Source of the DNA: Eutreptiella sp. 'Long Island Sound 2002'
Taxonomy: Eukaryota > Protista > Euglenida
DNA length: 64,000 bases
Assembly: GCA_964036045.1 (NCBI GenBank)
Contig: OZ038379.1
Coordinates: 40,734,001 to 40,798,000, forward strand
Direction: 5' to 3'
A program made the translations under genes and the position numbers. Shown piece after piece: positions 61,577-64,000 of the stretch. How positions within the stretch are numbered: the stretch's first letter is position 1; every line of letters begins with the position of its first letter. The notes below the pieces were generated by a model. It did not search any database. It was not told where the DNA came from and saw only the letters and a program-made list of their open reading frames with translations.

Positions 61577-64000
61577 CACGCCTCGCCCGTACGACTGCAG
61601 GGGTCCTCTGACCTAAGTCCCCCTGCATTTGGGGTGCGCCCTGTGGCGCCGGCGGTGCGGACGACGCCTGGTGCGTCAGAGCTGGCTCCCCCCTGGCCAC
61701 CAAAGGTGCTTGGGGCACGTCCTCCATGGTAGGCCGCTCGCTAGGCACCTGCGCTTCCCGCACCTCCGCTTCCAGGGGAGTTCCGGGCCTCGCCATACGC
61801 GCCAGCTACACAGGCCCCCGGTGCATCCCCGGCAAAGGTCATGCTCCCATCGTTAGAACGCGCCCCGGCGTTGCTGAGGGCTCAGACGCCAATGTAACAG
61901 GCACCGCCATGAGGTACGTCGCTTGCACTCCGGGTTGCCTGCCCGTTGGCAGTACTAAAGGCACTGGCTCGGTGGTGCGCGCCGGCAGATGCTTCCGGGC
62001 AGCACATGAGGCGCTGCCGCCACGTGTGGGGGTTGCATCGGTGCGGCATGCAGTGGCGTTAGTGCCACCTGTGCGGGGTGCGGTGGCATCACGGGCACCT
62101 GATGTACCTCCGCCGGAGGGGGTTGTACTGGCGTAGCGTGCACCTGGTGTGTCCCCGCCGGCGCCGCGTAGGACGCCCGTGCCCCGGACGATGGAGGTAC
62201 TCCCACCAACAACACGGGGGGCAGTAGCGCGGCTTGAGCCGGCGGCACCCCTCGTGCCACGATAGGGGTTGCTGGCACCACTTGCGGGGGCTGCGCCGGC
62301 ACGGCTTGCGCTGGCGCCTGTCCCATCCGTGTACCGTGCACCGCCGCTGCCGGCGCCTCAGGTACTCCCACTGGCGGGGGCGGCACCACCGCAGCAGCGC
62401 GCGCGTGCAACATCCCCACCGGCATTTTGTGGGACACCGGTGTCACAGGCGCCCGAGGTATTCCCATCGTCACCATTCGAGGCTCGGTTGTGGCCTGAGT
62501 TGGCAATCCCCATTCGTACCGCACCAGGCACCGGCGCCACATACATAGGCAGCACTGGCGCCGCACGTGTTCCCGCCGGCGCCGCATGGGGAGCAGGCGG
62601 CATGTGCGGAGACTGCGCCACATACGCTGCCTGCAGTTGGTGTTGGAAGCTAAGAAACGCATGGTGTTGCACCTGTTGGTGTACATGGTGGTGGAGGTGG
62701 TACGGGAAGGGCAAATGAGCATGGTGGTGGTGAAGGTGGTGGTGCACCACGGCATGCCCCACCAGGTGGTGGTAGAGGTGATGGTGATGGTGAGGGGCCC
62801 CACACGGCGAGATTGGTACAGGTGGGGGGCCTATATGTGGGGGCATCGGGCCAAGTGCGCTCCATGCGCTTGCCCCTCCACACCGCCGTTGTTCCCGCGG
62901 TGGCCGTGCACGCTGCGCGTCCTCCAGCAGTCCGGCTGCCCATAGTCCACTTGGAGGTGGTGGAGCAGCCAATGGAGGATGTTCACCCCAAAGGGTACCG
63001 TGCCTGCCACAACTACACCTGCACGTTCGGCACGTCTAGCGGCGGGCGCCGTTGGCGGGGCTAACCAAGTGGTCCCACCCACTGTCCCTGGCCGGACGAT
63101 CGCCGTCCATGCGTGCTTGGAAGGCAGCGTACGACTGTTGCCCGTGTCTGATGAGGTCAATCACGGCGTCTACCACGCGGCGAGTACGCCGCCGGAGGGT
63201 TGACAGCTCCGTGGGGTTGGTCGGAATTGAAGGCAACAACATGGTGCTTACAAACGGTGGACGAGCTACGGAGAGCACGAGGCAAGCTGAATATATTAGT
63301 ACCGCAGGCCCGCCCCGTGACTCGGGACTGACATGCTCGCTAGCGAGGGTGTTTGGGGTTACAGGCACTGAGCACGGCATGTGCATGACAGAGGGCCCGG
63401 CCTATTGTCCCACTCCCGCCCCCCTGGAACTGTCTCTACATTCTCCATTGTGCCCCCGTCCCGCTTTTGTCTTCGTCGGGTGGGGGGCGCGGTGGGGTGG
63501 GGGAAGGGGGGGGGCAACACTGGTCCCCTTCCCTCGGTGTTTCCTCATGGGGGGGCGGGTGCTTGCACTCCCGAGTAGGCTGTAACTCTGTTGTACGGGC
63601 CGTCCATTTGTACCCGCTTCGTACAAATGGACACGCGTCGTAGCCATGTTTGTTGGGTGTCCCCCACATCGGGGTCCGGTACACTATGGTTCACCGAAGG
63701 AGCCCTTGCGGGGCAGACGCGACTCTTACTGTCCGCGATGCACGGTGTGCTGTACCTGCAGCCCCTCGCTGTGCACGAACTGCAGTACGTGCCGTGGGAA
63801 GTGCTTCATTTCAGTCCCATTGGCCACCCCCCCCGGGCCGGTGCCACCACGGGCCGTTGGCCTAGAGTCCCGGGGGTATCCCGCCTTCTTGCACCTACTC
63901 AAATGGGGCCGATACAATCACCGGAGGGGCCCCCTAACCCCTCAGGGGAGGTTCCTTGCCAGCGCCCCTCTTGCTCGGTTCGTTCCACCGTTGCGCCCGT
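61577..64000 (-). mobile_element. Family C, copy 2 (5' part; runs off the window end)
   Basis: Joins 55181 exactly as in the uninterrupted copy 1 (CCATCCCTTTCACGCCTCG at ~34890-34910). Confidence 0.88.

Overview
Repeat-saturated eukaryotic DNA (GT-AG introns, long microsatellites; organism not identifiable from sequence). No intact host gene, rRNA, tRNA or CRISPR array is supportable. The window is a nested stack of decayed mobile elements, and all recognisable coding remnants lie on the minus strand. (1) LINE-A, ~5.4-10.5 kb: APE endonuclease, RT (YVDD), RNase H and Zn knuckle, with a 2A/StopGo-like peptide (LLMLFGGDIELNLGP) just before the APE. (2) LINE-B, ~11.3-31.3 kb: APE, RT (YCDD), RNase H-like, split by two DNA elements whose removal restores its reading frame. 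(3) T1, 15365-22173: 40-bp TIRs, TG...CA ends, CA duplication, a RAG1/Transib/CMC-type DDE transposase plus two accessory ORFs. (4) T2, 25569-30273: perfect 19-bp TIRs, no target duplication, a 7-exon gene whose introns are built from one motif set. (5) Family C, 31.6-43.2 kb and 51.4-64 kb: a multi-kb ORF with a His-rich tract and a Ulp1/SENP-like protease motif. (6) A 6.4-kb non-coding foldback element, 55182-61576, also TG...CA with a CA duplication, inserted in family C. (7) Five copies of a ~1.1-kb element sitting in (TA)n tracts, 43.6-49.0 kb. (8) Four 24-bp palindromes at 50.5-51.3 kb. Best candidate for an undescribed system: T1 together with the foldback element that shares its unusual end/target signature. 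All family assignments are by-eye motif matches; no database search was run.
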